Below, one piece after another: positions 63,414 through 64,000 of a DNA stretch of 64,000 nt. Each line of letters starts with the position of its first letter. Position 1 is the first letter of the stretch. Position numbers and translations under genes: made by a program. The stretch comes from Phoronis australis (lineage: Eukaryota; Animalia; Phoronida): positions 1,030,809 through 1,094,808 of the forward strand of contig NMRA01000065.1 of assembly GCA_002633005.1 (NCBI GenBank), written 5' to 3'. The notes beneath the pieces are model-generated. The model did no database searches, was not told where the DNA came from, and saw only the letters and a list, made by a program, of their open reading frames with translations.

Positions 63414-63529
63414 GGGGCTATTCGAAGAATTCTCCTCGCGGTGACGCTGCTGTACTAGTGGTGATTGCATTGCGTATGCGTCGCTGTCTGCATGTAAACA
63501 GCTGGTAAAAAGACGGAATTGTTATCAAA

Positions 63530-63737
63530 ATAAGTCATCCCGCTAAGCCTTGTTATTGCTATTTTTCCTGGTGCAAGTCTTCGACGGGTAGTCATAAATT
63601 CCCAAAAGACCTAAGGTTATTACATTCGTGGAGAATTGCGGTCAAAAGGGTCAACCAACTGACAAAAAGTGTGTGGATGCCGAAGCCCCGTGTGTGCTCT
63701 AAGCATTTACATTGGGAGACTACATAACGTTACTTGG
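63530..63737 (+). pseudogene. THAP zinc-finger fragment (transposon-derived relic)
   Basis: CYCYFSWCKSSTGSHKFPKDLRLLHSWRIAVKR...W.P..RVCSKH carries THAP hallmarks. No ATG (ATA at about 63530), the frame closes after the His, and a gtaagt donor follows. Confidence 0.65.
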
Positions 63738-64000
63738 TAAGTTTTTAGCAATCAGTTTCTATCGACATCGTTCGGTGATGTTATCCCCACCAGTTACTCC
63801 ACTGAATAACCAGGCCCGTAAGAAGGTAAAAATTATTGGATTATATGAAAAAATATGTCTACTAATAATAAGGTGTGTAACAGATGCTGTACTTTTAGAG
63901 TTAATTTTTTGTTAAGATTGACTGGAAATTTTTGGAGCAACATACATGCCGCTCATACGATTACTCTTGCTGAACAGTAAGAATGAAGGTGTGAAATAAT

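Overview
Animal genomic DNA, probably from a marine invertebrate; the taxon cannot be fixed from sequence alone. Three spliced protein-coding loci were rebuilt by hand from GT-AG sites and intron phases. (1) FBXL7 on + has two phase-compatible candidate first exons (19-76, starting MGQGNS, and 7292-7370) and shared exons 19569-19710, 22535-23049 and 23395-24128. (2) TMEM169 on - (31692-32417) is convergent with FBXL7. (3) An 11-exon (5' end not located) mosaic protease on + (43179-62154) has F5/8-type-C, CUB, a long polybasic linker and an S1 serine protease domain; the His/Asp/Ser triad is intact, but the activation site and S1 pocket are non-canonical. The ORF track misses most of these exons. 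The most striking non-coding structure is a near-perfect hairpin with 293-bp arms (48220-48827) in a protease intron: an inverted duplication of a Penelope-like element 3' end with a minimal hammerhead ribozyme on each strand and a 14-bp target-site duplication. Other mobile DNA includes a Kolobok-like THAP element (TTAA TSD, ~70-bp TIRs), several CA...TG MITEs with 5-bp TSDs, a Gypsy integrase relic, a CR1/L2-like LINE relic, a tRNA-derived SINE head and several micro/minisatellites. Most short ORFs in the track are spurious.
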